Shown one piece after another: positions 19,450 to 29,480 of a stretch of DNA of 64,000 nucleotides (position 1 is the first letter of the stretch; the number at the start of each line of letters is the position of its first letter). The notes below the pieces were generated by a model. The model saw nothing but the letters and a program-made list of their open reading frames with translations, ran no database searches and had not been told where the DNA came from. A program made the position numbers and the translations under genes. This DNA is from Ruminiclostridium sp. Lineage in GTDB: Bacteria; Bacillota; Clostridia; Oscillospirales; Ruminococcaceae. Location of the stretch: the NCBI GenBank assembly GCA_017479645.1, contig JAFVBZ010000048.1, forward strand, positions 6,045 through 70,044, given 5' to 3'.

Positions 19450-20367
19450 TCACCAGGAGCGCAGTATCTCCGTCAGCCTGCGGTCAATATCGAGCCGTGT
19501 CTCAAGGCATTCCTCCGGGAACTCGCGCCCGGCTCTGAACATATACTTCACCAGCATGCCCGAACCGACAGGAAGCATCATTTTCAGCATTGACTCCGGG
19601 AATACGAAGTGAGTTCCGTGCTTATACAGGAGCATATCCCATTCGCATTCATGCGGCTTCTGTTTCAGCCTCTCGTCCATGCGGCGTATATATCTGCATG
19701 TATCCCAGAGAACATCATCTTCCGCTCCGACAAAAACTATCCTGCCGCGAATATTCTCGACTTTGATCTTTTCCTCTTCCCGGATAGGGTGCAGCCTTTC
19801 CGACTCGTCAAACATCTTCCGTGCAGCCGCCTTATCGCCGCCCTCTTTCGCTTCTTCGGTGATCTTCTGCCAGTATTCCGGGTGACGGTACGCGTAGGGC
19901 AGATACGGCAGCGGCTTGCCCTGCCAGCTTACAGTCGATTCGCCGTCTCCGGGGCGCTCGGAAGCCCCGTCTTTTCCGTCACGATAAAAGCCTTCCATAA
20001 TGAAATCCGAGGGCGACATTGCGATAGTAAGCGTGATCTCCGGGTAGTATGACGCCGCCGCAAGCGAAAGCATTCCCGTGGTGGAAGCGCCGGCTATACC
20101 GATCTTTTCCGCGCCCTTGCTTTTTAGGAATGCTATAGCTTTTCCGAAGCGCTCAAGCGGGTAGTTGTGGTGTGCGTAGCTGTTCTTTTCCGACGACATC
20201 GCCAAAGCGTGACAGCCGTTCTTTATCAGCCATTTTGCGCCGCATGATGCCATACGGTCTGTCGATGAATCGCCGAGCATTATTATCACTGCTTTTTTGC
20301 TGTCCTCCGGACCGCCGTAGTATGCCCCGCAGAATCCGTCATTCTCAACCGAAAAAACCTGTTTCAT
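19450..20367 (-). CDS. BAAT/acyl-CoA thioesterase-like alpha/beta hydrolase
   Basis: Nucleophile elbow GASTTG, GAEDDVLW Asp, HGTHF His; RBS GGAGAAG before ATG 20367. Confidence 0.8.
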   Translation of the reverse strand: MKQVFSVENDGFCGAYYGGPEDSKKAVIIMLGDSSTDRMASCGAKWLIKNGCHALAMSSEKNSYAHHNYPLERFGKAIAFLKSKGAEKIGIAGASTTGMLSLAAASYYPEITLTIAMSPSDFIMEGFYRDGKDGASERPGDGESTVSWQGKPLPYLPYAYRHPEYWQKITEEAKEGGDKAAARKMFDESERLHPIREEEKIKVENIRGRIVFVGAEDDVLWDTCRYIRRMDERLKQKPHECEWDMLLYKHGTHFVFPESMLKMMLPVGSGMLVKYMFRAGREFPEECLETRLDIDRRLTEILRSW

Positions 20368-20418
20368 ATTACTTCTCCTTTTTCCGCCGACGAAAATGCA
20401 GAAAGCATCGCCCGGCGA

Positions 20419-20466
20419 GTTAGCATCTGTTAACTTCATTATAGTATTTTCTCACTCAAATGTCAA
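20419..20466 (-). promoter_or_regulatory. Sigma-A promoter plus GTTAGY-family operator (copy 1)
   Basis: TTGACA-17-TATAAT (20466-20438), then 3 nt, then GTTAACAGATGCTAAC (20419-20434). Confidence 0.75.
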
Positions 20467-20477
20467 GGGATAATATC

Positions 20478-20522
20478 AGAAAACCGCAGATGCCTGATAT
20501 CTACACACATCTGCGGTTTTCT
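20478..20522. terminator. Terminator of the kinase/phosphatase operon
   Basis: AGAAAACCGCAGATG / CATCTGCGGTTTTCT perfect 15-bp stem. Confidence 0.75.
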
Positions 20523-20592
20523 CTCTGTTCAGTAACTGCACTTCCGCAAAGCCGTTCATGTCCGCGGAAAGCAGGGCGTCCTGACTGCCCTG

Positions 20593-21531
20593 TCACGGTA
20601 TCGGGTGAAGCGTATCTACCATTGAAAACAGCTTTCTCTTTGAGCTTCCGATAACCGGTTTCCGGAGAATATTCGGCACTGTCGGGGAGGTAGCGACACC
20701 TTTGATGAGTTTTATGAGGGAGTAGCCCTTGATTATACGGTTGATCTCGGCTGTCTCGCGGGGGTCATTTGTATCAAAGTAATGCCTTATAATGATATCC
20801 CAGAGCCTTGCGTACTGTTTTTTGGTGATATCCTGGCTTGTGGTTTTCCACTGGGCCTTTGCGGCAGTCACATATACAAGGTACATGGACGCAAGATCGA
20901 GTATCGGGTGTCCGAGTCCGGAATCGTCCACGTCAATAAGCACGATCTCGCCGTTCTGGAGCATAAGGTTGCCCGGGTGGAAATCCTGGTGGATACACGT
21001 ATTCCTGTACGGGATCTCATCTATCAGCTTGTAGAGCTTTTCGGCTTCCGCAGGTTTATAGAATCCGGCATCAGCCGTCATGCGCACTTCATTTCTGATC
21101 TTCTCTCTTGAATCCGGCAGCACGCCGTCCTTGAACTCCGTGTGATGAAGCTTTAATGCCATATCGGCGATCATGTGTCCGAATTCGTCGGTTTTATCGG
21201 GATTTGCTGCGATCTCCTGGCTGAATGACCGCGCATTTATCATCTCATACACGACGCCGTAATTCTCTCCGACACGCACCATATCAAATGCGATCATGGT
21301 AGGGATACCCTGTACAAAGGCGCTTCTGGTGGTTTCACGGTTCTGTCTGATTTTTTCCGGGCTGTTGCGTTTGCCGAAATACACCTTTACTATCGTCTCG
21401 TCGTCCAGACGATATACTGCGCCGTTTCCTCCCTTTCCGAGAAGCTCACAGCCTTCAACGGATATTTCGCGCATCGGCTTATCCTTCTTTGGTGCAGTGT
21501 CATTAACGGACTGATTAGTTGTATTGCTCAT
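20593..21531 (-). CDS. APH/choline-kinase-like phosphotransferase
   Basis: Gly-rich LGKGGNGAVY, catalytic HQDFHPGN, metal-binding LIDVDD. Confidence 0.85.
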   Translation of the reverse strand: MSNTTNQSVNDTAPKKDKPMREISVEGCELLGKGGNGAVYRLDDETIVKVYFGKRNSPEKIRQNRETTRSAFVQGIPTMIAFDMVRVGENYGVVYEMINARSFSQEIAANPDKTDEFGHMIADMALKLHHTEFKDGVLPDSREKIRNEVRMTADAGFYKPAEAEKLYKLIDEIPYRNTCIHQDFHPGNLMLQNGEIVLIDVDDSGLGHPILDLASMYLVYVTAAKAQWKTTSQDITKKQYARLWDIIIRHYFDTNDPRETAEINRIIKGYSLIKLIKGVATSPTVPNILRKPVIGSSKRKLFSMVDTLHPIP

Positions 21532-21558
21532 AATGCTCCTCCATTTAACGTTCGGTTG

Positions 21559-22494
21559 TCAGCTGTTCGCCGGGGCTTCCTTTGCCGATATGCGCTGCTG
21601 TATTATCGTGTTCGCAAGCGACAGCACAGTGCCGATCATTGCTCCCATAGATACATCGCTCAGATAATGCGCACCGAGTATCATTCTTGTCGTCATTATT
21701 ATGATGCCGAACATAACTCCCGACAGTGCAAGGGGGAAATACTTGCCTTTAAGCTTCGGAAACAGCCACATGAAAGACGGCAGTATGTACATTGCAGAAA
21801 CGCTCAGAATACTGTGACCGCTCGGGAATGACAAAAACTCGTCGGCATTGATGTCATACAGTTCCGCAAGTTCAGCTGAGCCCTCGAAAGGCGTGAACCA
21901 CGGCATAAAGCCGATTCCCTCATACCCCAGAACGACTGTACGGTACCTCGGGCGGTGGAATGTATGCTTAAGCACCTGCATAGCAAGGAACGCTGTCAGC
22001 AGTATTACAAAAAGCCAGATTATCCTCTGTGTAAGCAGCTTGTCCTCACTTTTCTTTGCAAAATGATAGCCAACAAAGAACAGCGGATATTCAAGCACCG
22101 CACTGACGATTAGGATCACCGGGATATTTCTGTTGATAGACGGAAACAGCATTCCGAAGCAGTTTCTGTCGCAAATGGAACCGCCGCCGATAAATCCGAT
22201 GCCCACCGCGAAAAGAACGCATATTGTACAGAGTATCACTTTCACAGCCTTGCCCTGTGAGGAATGCACCGCCCTCTCGTAAAGCGCGCCGGAGAAAAGC
22301 ATCGGCGCCGAAAAATACGGAATGAGTCCGGTAGATGTTATAACAGCAATAACGGGATTCCCCGGCGAAAACACTGTCCGGGCTACTGCCTCGTCAAAAA
22401 AAGTTCCGGTCACAAATAAAATTCCGAAAAACATCAGCATTATGATATTAAACAATATCTGACTTATATTATCTTTTTTCATGCTCTTACTCAT
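21559..22494 (-). CDS. PAP2-family integral membrane phosphatase
   Basis: KHTFHRPR, SFPSGH, TRMILGAHYLSD (all three PAP2 motifs). Confidence 0.9.
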   Translation of the reverse strand: MSKSMKKDNISQILFNIIMLMFFGILFVTGTFFDEAVARTVFSPGNPVIAVITSTGLIPYFSAPMLFSGALYERAVHSSQGKAVKVILCTICVLFAVGIGFIGGGSICDRNCFGMLFPSINRNIPVILIVSAVLEYPLFFVGYHFAKKSEDKLLTQRIIWLFVILLTAFLAMQVLKHTFHRPRYRTVVLGYEGIGFMPWFTPFEGSAELAELYDINADEFLSFPSGHSILSVSAMYILPSFMWLFPKLKGKYFPLALSGVMFGIIIMTTRMILGAHYLSDVSMGAMIGTVLSLANTIIQQRISAKEAPANS

Positions 22495-23335
22495 GGCACC
22501 CTCCGCACAGATATTTATTTCTCAGCTCTTTGATCTCCGGAGCGCCGACATTCAGCGCCTCGCGGAGATATCCCTCAATACTTCCGTATTTTTCGGTCAG
22601 TGTGTCAATTGCGTTTGTCATGTACCTCTCAACTACCGCGCCCGACATAAACAGAAGCGCGTCGAGCTTTTCCTGCGGCATCGGGTATGATGCAGTCTTC
22701 TGCTTTACCGCTTCGATCTGTGCAGCCTTATACCCGTTCGTAAGCATATAATCTTCAATTATCGTTTCACGGTCTGCTCCGAGCGCCGCCAGAAGCAACA
22801 TTGCCGCACAGCCTGTCCTGTCCTTGCCGTCGGTGCAGTGCCAGAGTACCGCACCCGTGTCCGGGTCATTTTCAAGCAGTATCCGAAAGAATTCGCGGTA
22901 GGCTTTCCTTCCCCGTTCTCCGAGAAGAAAGATAATGTACTGTTCCGGTCCGAGCATTCCCGCAGCATACGCCATCTCGAACAGCTTTATTCTGTCCCGG
23001 CTTTTATATTCATCGATCATCTTCTGATCAGCCTTAACCGGATAATCCTCCGTTTCTATCACGGGCAGGTGGATATTCCGCGCACCGGGTATTTCCGGAT
23101 CGGGGCCGGCATACCGCTCGCCTGTCATACGAAAGTCAATGACAGACTCCACTCTGAAATCGTTCCGAAGCTTATCTATAGTTTCCTGTGAAGCACCGCC
23201 GAGTCCGGCAGTCCGCAGCAGAACGCCCTTCTTTATTATCTTCCCGCCGACAGCGTAACCGCCCAACTCACGGGCATTCTCTATACCCGGAAGATCAATA
23301 GCCTGCTTTAACATAAACCGCTCCTTTCGGATCAA
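22487..23335 (-). CDS. CX5R protein-tyrosine/lipid phosphatase (MptpB/LipA-like family)
   Basis: NARELGG, VIDFR, HCTDGKDRTG, EDYMLTN. Confidence 0.9.
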   Translation of the reverse strand: MIRKERFMLKQAIDLPGIENARELGGYAVGGKIIKKGVLLRTAGLGGASQETIDKLRNDFRVESVIDFRMTGERYAGPDPEIPGARNIHLPVIETEDYPVKADQKMIDEYKSRDRIKLFEMAYAAGMLGPEQYIIFLLGERGRKAYREFFRILLENDPDTGAVLWHCTDGKDRTGCAAMLLLAALGADRETIIEDYMLTNGYKAAQIEAVKQKTASYPMPQEKLDALLFMSGAVVERYMTNAIDTLTEKYGSIEGYLREALNVGAPEIKELRNKYLCGGCHE

Positions 23336-23543
23336 AAAAAATAATACTCTTTAACTATTATATCACAAAATGCTTCAATAGACAAGAGAAAATACATTTT
23401 TTATCAAATCGGACACAAAGTTTTTATGACAGATGCCGTCTGACCCGACTGCAAAAGGAACGGTGCATGGTCTCCGGACAGACATACACCGTAAACTATT
23501 GCATTTTTCCGCATAATATGCTATAATTCTGTCAGAAGAAAAC

Positions 23544-24077
23544 ATGAAAAAGGGGGTGCCGGTCATAGAAGAGAAAAATGAAATAACAAGGAAGATCAGG
23601 AGATACCGCAATACTCTGTATATTACGGGTTCAGGCATATCCGCGCTCGGATTATGGAGCGCGCTGAGGCTCGTCCTTGGTCTTATGATCTCGCCGCAGA
23701 CCCTGCTCACGCCGGAAATTACAGAAAATATCTCCGGGATCGTCGGTGTGCTCGTTGTGCTTGTGGCATTTGCTCTGGTGATAGCTCCTTTGCTCGGCCT
23801 GTATCTGTTCGTCGGCAAGAAGGCTCGTGAAGAGGGTCTCGGAAAGAAGAAAAATTCCTTTTATATAGCGCTCATCGTACTGCTTGCATCGCTTCACATC
23901 TTCAGCATCATTTACTGCTTTATGGGGCTTATCGGAATAATTCCCTTCATGCAAGACAGTATTATCGGTCTTATAGTGTCAATGATCGTGGACGCAACCG
24001 CGGCGGTGACTCTTGGGGAAATGTGCATGTCAGCGGTGATGATACGGATTTACGAGAAAAAGAATACGGGTAATTGA
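23544..24077 (+). CDS. Membrane protein (about 4 TM)
   Basis: 177 aa hydrophobic; stop is 1 bp from the next ATG. Confidence 0.7.
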   Translation: MKKGVPVIEEKNEITRKIRRYRNTLYITGSGISALGLWSALRLVLGLMISPQTLLTPEITENISGIVGVLVVLVAFALVIAPLLGLYLFVGKKAREEGLGKKKNSFYIALIVLLASLHIFSIIYCFMGLIGIIPFMQDSIIGLIVSMIVDATAAVTLGEMCMSAVMIRIYEKKNTGN

Positions 24078-24078
24078 A

Positions 24079-25194
24079 ATGCAGAAAGATTTTCACTATT
24101 ACGCTACATACTGTGCGGCTTATCTTGCGGGATATACGCATAATGAGTGCATGGATATCTGTTACAGCGCGCAGCTTGTCGATCACTGTTCGGCAACGCT
24201 GCTGAGAAAAATAAAAGGTCCTGTCGAAGCAGCCACCACCCAGCTCCAGCTGGAACTTATGGACATAAGGACCGATATTGCCGGGCTCCAGGACATAACC
24301 CGCATCTGGGCATCTTTCCACTTTCTGCCCTTTGACCTGTATGCGGAAAGAAAATGGGCGCCGAAGATGTATCTTAAGAAATACCGGCTTATATGCAATA
24401 CGAACAGCGATCTTCTTGTGGAAACGGTGAAGCTCGCAAAGGACAAGGGAACTCAGGCGGCAGGCATAGCTATGCACGTTCTGGCGGACACATGGGCGCA
24501 CAGATATTTTGCAGGCACCCCCTCGTTTGTCATAAACAATACCAATTATTATTTCTATGAGATCATTCCCGACGGAGACGGCTTTACCGAGCGTCCCGTG
24601 AAATTCATTCACAATCCCTCCGCGCCGGACGATCACGAAAACGGGATCTATGTCAACAGCCTTCACCAGAACAGCGAGACATCGGTGATGAACCTCGGAC
24701 ACGGGAGAGCCGGTCATCTGCCGGACTACAGCTATGCGCGGTACAGATATCTGCCTGCCTGGGGCGATTATGAGGAGATCGTGAAGGACAACCCCTCCGA
24801 TTATATGAACGCGTTCTGTCAGATGATATACGCGCTGAAATATCTGCACGGAGAAGAGCCCTCATTCGAGAAGAACAGGTACGACACCGAAGCTGTGGAA
24901 CCGTGGCGGGAGAAGATAAAAGTCATACTCGAAAAAAGGCAGACAGATGCCTGCGAGGACTGGAAGAAGCTTGCGGAGGAGATGTCCGGAAACGAGATCG
25001 AGGACTTCGATATCGGAAAGTATCAGAGCGAATATACCGACTCCGGCGACAGGGACAGCACCTACCTCGGCAGATTCATTGCCGCTGCGATCGCGCAGAA
25101 GAGTATGGTGACATACCATATCTACAAGTCGGGAAGCAAGCTTGCCGGCGTTTCGATCACAAAGAAAAGCAGGAAGGGAGGCAGTGACAAATGA
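24079..25194 (+). CDS. DUF6765-like protein, possibly Zn-phospholipase C/P1 nuclease fold
   Basis: MQKDFHYYATY, FHFLP, GIAMHVLADTWAH; family name from recall, fold is inference. Confidence 0.75.
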   Translation: MQKDFHYYATYCAAYLAGYTHNECMDICYSAQLVDHCSATLLRKIKGPVEAATTQLQLELMDIRTDIAGLQDITRIWASFHFLPFDLYAERKWAPKMYLKKYRLICNTNSDLLVETVKLAKDKGTQAAGIAMHVLADTWAHRYFAGTPSFVINNTNYYFYEIIPDGDGFTERPVKFIHNPSAPDDHENGIYVNSLHQNSETSVMNLGHGRAGHLPDYSYARYRYLPAWGDYEEIVKDNPSDYMNAFCQMIYALKYLHGEEPSFEKNRYDTEAVEPWREKIKVILEKRQTDACEDWKKLAEEMSGNEIEDFDIGKYQSEYTDSGDRDSTYLGRFIAAAIAQKSMVTYHIYKSGSKLAGVSITKKSRKGGSDK

Positions 25195-25733
25195 ACTGGT
25201 TTCAGCGTATCAGTAAAATAATAACCGGTGTGCTGCTGGCAATAGCCGGACTCCTGTTTATTCTGCTTGACGATGAAAAATATACACTGCTTCTTGCAGG
25301 TATTATCATATACCTGCTGTTCTGCGGCATAAAAATGATGATATATTATCTCACCATGGCGCGGCTTATGGTGGGCGGGAAGTCGATACTGTACAAGAGC
25401 GTGATACTGCTGGATCTTGCAGTGTTCACCGCCTCTTTCACAAGCCTCAGTCCGCTGTATCTCATACTGTACCTTGTCGGCATTTACATAGCTGCGGGGG
25501 TGCTGGATATTCTGAGGAGCCTTGAGGCGAAAAAGCTTGACGCACCGGAATGGAAGATCAAATTCGCGTCCGGACTTTTCAGCATACTGCTTGGAATAGC
25601 AGCGGGAATATCCGGGCTCCTGTTCAATTACCCGGAGATATCTGCGTTTATCTACGGCGGAGGTCTTATCTGGTCAGGCATTGCCGGTATAGCATCGGCT
25701 TTCCGCCGCACCAAAAGTGTATATATCCAATAA
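25191..25733 (+). CDS. DUF308/HdeD-like membrane protein
   Basis: 180 aa, about 6 TM with a repeated helical-hairpin pattern; ATGA overlap with the upstream gene. Confidence 0.7.
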   Translation: MNWFQRISKIITGVLLAIAGLLFILLDDEKYTLLLAGIIIYLLFCGIKMMIYYLTMARLMVGGKSILYKSVILLDLAVFTASFTSLSPLYLILYLVGIYIAAGVLDILRSLEAKKLDAPEWKIKFASGLFSILLGIAAGISGLLFNYPEISAFIYGGGLIWSGIAGIASAFRRTKSVYIQ

Positions 25734-25770
25734 AGAATTATGCGGTTTGCGATGACGAATAGAACTAATG

Positions 25771-25817
25771 AAAGGGCATATAACCTATGATTAAGTATAG
25801 GTTATATGCCCTTTTTT
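25771..25817. terminator. Bidirectional terminator
   Basis: AAAGGGCATATAACCTAT-8-ATAGGTTATATGCCCTTT, 18-bp stem plus T run. Confidence 0.85.
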
Positions 25818-25925
25818 ATGTTCTCTTGAAAAACATAATACCGAATATTATTTCTGCGCCCGCCGGCATCTTTTGCGGTATATCCGGACGGATTCACGCA
25901 TAGAAGCACATTGCCGTCATCAATT

Positions 25926-26600
25926 TCAGCCGTTTTCCTGAACGGAGAGCGGACCACATTTCATGCGGTATGTATGATCGCATTTCTTCCACCATATATT
26001 CATTATGACAAGCGTTACCGCAATCTCTGCCGCAAATATCAGCGCTCCGATGATTGCCGATGTGATGACCGGAAGCCCGAAGCCGTGCATTGTCACACTT
26101 ATTTTCGGAAGAATGAACTGCATCGTACAGAGAATGAAGAAAGGCAATATGTACAGCCATTCGAGCTTTGATTTGCCTGAGCACGACACTCCAAGGATCA
26201 CCATAAGGCTGCCGACAGGCGCGGCTATCATGATATCCGCAAGCGCCTGCGGGACCCAGCACAGCGCGGCGATCGTTATGATGATAAGGTCGTATATAAG
26301 CGACAAGCCTGCCGTGAATACTGTCGGCACAACCGTAAAAAGCGTTTTCGCAAAGGGCAGAGACGAGTAAAACTTTCCCCTTATGATCGAAACGGTCCCG
26401 CTGAGGCAGAACACCACTATCCCTATCTGTCCGGTAGCCGCTGCCGCTATCATCGACATATATTCGTCACTTTCCGGGACCTCCGGCTCGAGAACCGCCG
26501 CGATCATTACTCCCACGATTATGACCGCGCTTAACAGAGCAAGCAGCGGATTGAACGATACTTTCAGATATAATTTCAGCGCTTTTCCGAAGTTTTTCAT
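25926..26600 (-). CDS. ABC-2-type permease
   Basis: About 6 TM; probable start MKNFGKALK at 26600. Confidence 0.75.
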   Translation of the reverse strand: MKNFGKALKLYLKVSFNPLLALLSAVIIVGVMIAAVLEPEVPESDEYMSMIAAAATGQIGIVVFCLSGTVSIIRGKFYSSLPFAKTLFTVVPTVFTAGLSLIYDLIIITIAALCWVPQALADIMIAAPVGSLMVILGVSCSGKSKLEWLYILPFFILCTMQFILPKISVTMHGFGLPVITSAIIGALIFAAEIAVTLVIMNIWWKKCDHTYRMKCGPLSVQENG

Positions 26601-26610
26601 AGTTTTCACC

Positions 26611-27312
26611 TCAACTGTCCCACCGATTCTTCCGGTAGTGTGCGAAATACACGTTTGATGATACTGCGACAAGCACCGCGCCCGCTATGCCCGTGACAAG
26701 ATGTGGGATAAGATTGTCGGACAGCATGGGGAGCAATATTGTGCAGCTGCCTGTTATTGCAAACATCGTGATAACCGAACCTGCGCCGAGCACTAATTCA
26801 TTCTTCGCGGGAAGCATGAATGTAACGATGCCGGCAGCCGCAATATTCGACACGACAAGCGCGATCACCGCGGACAGCCCGCCGTGTATCTTTGCGATAC
26901 CCGCGATGTCGAGCAAAAGCGCCGCAGTGCCGAACAGAAGCATCGAAAGAAGTTCGGAGTTATACACACCTGTCCGGTATCTCACGAACGTCCCGAAGCC
27001 ACCCTTTACCGTGCGGAAAAGCTTTCCGCCGTGTTTGTCCTTTGTATATTGCGACAGCAGCACAATGCAGTTTATAATTCCGGGCGTGAACACCATAACG
27101 CAGTCTCCTGCGGGAGTTTCCGCGATATTTCTGACCGCTTCGGGATATGATATGCCCTCGCCGAGCATTATCATAAGCGTCATGCTGACGAATGCGCCGA
27201 TATAGAACAGCACCTCGTATGCCGCAAGTCCGAGTACGGTTCCGCCAAGTCCGGTGCCGGTGTACAGCTTCAGCGCTTGTGATATGGTGAGCGGCGACTT
27301 ATTTTCCTGCAT
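26611..27312 (-). CDS. ABC-2-type permease
   Basis: 233 aa, about 6 TM, follows the ABC ATPase. Confidence 0.75.
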   Translation of the reverse strand: MQENKSPLTISQALKLYTGTGLGGTVLGLAAYEVLFYIGAFVSMTLMIMLGEGISYPEAVRNIAETPAGDCVMVFTPGIINCIVLLSQYTKDKHGGKLFRTVKGGFGTFVRYRTGVYNSELLSMLLFGTAALLLDIAGIAKIHGGLSAVIALVVSNIAAAGIVTFMLPAKNELVLGAGSVITMFAITGSCTILLPMLSDNLIPHLVTGIAGAVLVAVSSNVYFAHYRKNRWDS

Positions 27313-28186
27313 CTTCCTCCGCCTTTCTGAGAATGCCCACGCTGAGCTGCTGCAATGTGGGACGTTCGGTTATCGCGCCGACAGCTTCAAGGTTTGCGGA
27401 ATTTTCCGAAAGCGCTATACCCTCGAATGCCGTACTGTTCACGCTGTATGAAAACATCAGCGCCTTCGCTCCGCTTCCGTTTGCGGCATCTCCGTGAACC
27501 AGTATGTACTTTTCTTTAAGCTCTTCCACAAAGCCCTGCTCTATAACATGCCCGTGCGCCATAAATACTGCGTAATCTGTGGCAAATTCCATATCCGCTA
27601 TATTATGGGTGGAGAACAGTATAGTGCGTTCGCCGTCCTTTTCCGCAAGATACTCGCGGAACATATCGCAGAGCTGATCTCTCGCCAGAGGATCGAGGGA
27701 GCTTGCCGGCTCATCGAGCACCAGCAGATCGGTGTCTCTTGCAAGCACAGCCGCGAGGGCTGCGCGCATACGGTTTCCGTCGGACATCTTCATCATGTTC
27801 TTCTGCTTTTTGTCGTCGGGGCTGCCGATCTTCCATTTTACGCAAAGCTCTGTGAAGCGAGCACGGTCGAAGTTATCGAAGCCTATCGCCATACACTCAG
27901 CAACGGTTTTCAGTTTCCAGTCAAGCGGAAAGAAGTTCGCCGCCGAACAGTAGCCTATCCTGTTCCGCAGACCGTCATCGTCGGTGTCTGACTTATCTCC
28001 GAAATACACCGCTTCACCCGATGTTCTTGCGGTAACGCCGCATAGAATGTCGATAAGCGTGGTCTTGCCCGCACCGTTGGCACCGATCAGCGCGGTGGAA
28101 AAGCCTTTCGGGATAACCGCAGTCACATCAAGCGAGAAATCCTTGTATTTCTTTGTAAGTCCTGTAATCTCAACTGCGTTTTCCAT
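27299..28186 (-). CDS. ABC transporter ATP-binding protein (YtrB-like)
   Basis: GANGAGKT, degenerate signature MSDGNRMR, LLVLDEP, STH. Confidence 0.9.
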   Translation of the reverse strand: MENAVEITGLTKKYKDFSLDVTAVIPKGFSTALIGANGAGKTTLIDILCGVTARTSGEAVYFGDKSDTDDDGLRNRIGYCSAANFFPLDWKLKTVAECMAIGFDNFDRARFTELCVKWKIGSPDDKKQKNMMKMSDGNRMRAALAAVLARDTDLLVLDEPASSLDPLARDQLCDMFREYLAEKDGERTILFSTHNIADMEFATDYAVFMAHGHVIEQGFVEELKEKYILVHGDAANGSGAKALMFSYSVNSTAFEGIALSENSANLEAVGAITERPTLQQLSVGILRKAEEDAGK

Positions 28187-28195
28187 ATCTGCTCC

Positions 28196-28549
28196 TTAAA
28201 CTATGACAGCTTTCTTCTTGCCGTTTTTATTGCGGGGATATTCCTGAATGCGGCTTATATAGTCGGTGTTGAGTATCTGCTTGTTGCCGTCCTTGTCCTC
28301 GACTTCGAGCCAGTTCTCCTCGATCTTTTTTGCAGTCCCCGTAACTCCGCTGGAGCTGCCTGCCCATACGACAACTTCTTTTCCTATGTAGCTTTTTACC
28401 AGTTCGTTCATTGTATTTTCTCCTTTTCTGCGTTTAAGCCTGTTTCGTTTTGATACCATTACCTGTCTGTGCTGTCTTGCCTTTGCCGCCGGGATAATTA
28501 CAAAAAGCAGCAGCAGCAGCAGTATAAACCAGAAATACCAGTTCTGCAT
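28196..28549 (-). CDS. Small membrane-anchored protein with a C-terminal Sm-like beta domain (DUF6897-like)
   Basis: N-terminal TM, basic linker, MNELVKSYIGKEVVVW...LNTDYISRIQEY; family name from recall. Confidence 0.7.
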   Translation of the reverse strand: MQNWYFWFILLLLLLFVIIPAAKARQHRQVMVSKRNRLKRRKGENTMNELVKSYIGKEVVVWAGSSSGVTGTAKKIEENWLEVEDKDGNKQILNTDYISRIQEYPRNKNGKKKAVIV

Positions 28550-28561
28550 ATTTATTCCTCC

Positions 28562-28936
28562 TTATCCCGCGTCAAGCGACCAAAGCGCGCTCAGCGTTTC
28601 CTGCAGCTCGTCGATCGTCATTCCGGCGATCTTAGCGGAACGTATCGCTTCGGTGAGATTTTCCTCGACACGCCTCATGTGCTGTTCCGCCAGCAGCCGC
28701 ATATCCTGCGCGTTCACAAAATAGCCCTTGCCCTGTGAGGCTGTCACAAGTCCCTCGTTCGCGAGTTCTTCATACGCCTTCATCGTAGTGATAACGCTTA
28801 TCTTCAGGTCCTGTGCAAGACCGCGTATCGACGGGAGCGCTTCGCCGCCCCTGAGCTTGCCGGAAAGTATGTCGTCCCTTAGCTGTGCGGCTATCTGCTT
28901 ATATATCGGTTCCGAGGAATTCTGATATATTTTCAT
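28562..28936 (-). CDS. GntR-family regulator, YtrA subfamily
   Basis: PIYKQIAAQL, LPSIRGLAQDLKISVITTMKAY, QGKGYFV; 124 aa; first gene of an ABC operon. Confidence 0.92.
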   Translation of the reverse strand: MKIYQNSSEPIYKQIAAQLRDDILSGKLRGGEALPSIRGLAQDLKISVITTMKAYEELANEGLVTASQGKGYFVNAQDMRLLAEQHMRRVEENLTEAIRSAKIAGMTIDELQETLSALWSLDAG

Positions 28937-28952
28937 CTGTTCACCTCCGGTT

Positions 28953-28995
28953 ACTGTTTATCTGTGATATATACAGTATATAACACATTAACAGT
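28953..28995. promoter_or_regulatory. 43-bp imperfect palindrome, probable YtrA operator
   Basis: ACTGTTTATCTGTGATATATACAGTATATAACACATTAACAGT, 16 of 21 arm pairs complementary, 16 bp upstream of the gntR ATG. Confidence 0.7.
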
Positions 28996-29480
28996 TTTGT
29001 CAATGTCCGCTTATAACAAAATCCGAATTGAATTTCAATCAGGAACTGTGTATTTTTCACAAAGAAGGGCCATTTATATCTGTCTCGCAGATCATCTTTT
29101 TACAACAGATACAATATTCAATATTGTATGATTTTCTTCTGACGCTCGTAAAAGACGGCAGGATCGAATTTTGTGCAGTCTGTCTTAATAAATGGTTTAC
29201 CTTTTTGTTTCAGTCCTCATACCAAAACAGTTGACCGTCCTGCGATCATAAATAGAACGGTCTGCTGTCATTAAAGGCTATGCCGCAAGCCCGACAGATC
29301 GCAAATCATGAGCAGCGGTCAATATTTCCTCTGCTGATCATAGCGCAGAAAACCTGTTATGCGGTTTTCTGATAAAAAACTTGCCAAATCTCATTATATA
29401 TGTTAGAATACTAAAAGCAATGATCCTGAATTTGTAAAACTTGTATTGAGGACACATTAATTATAACGGAGAATACAACT

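Noticed and set aside
29030-29370. Long intergenic stretch inspected for riboswitches or a hidden gene
   Set aside because: No match to c-di-GMP, purine, SAM, TPP, cobalamin, fluoride or T-box cores that I could recognise; only short broken frames and one terminator-like hairpin.
29402-29415. GTTAGAATACTAAA as a sixth regulon operator
   Set aside because: The half-site spacing is 2 bp shorter than in the five 16-bp copies and it coincides with a -10 box.
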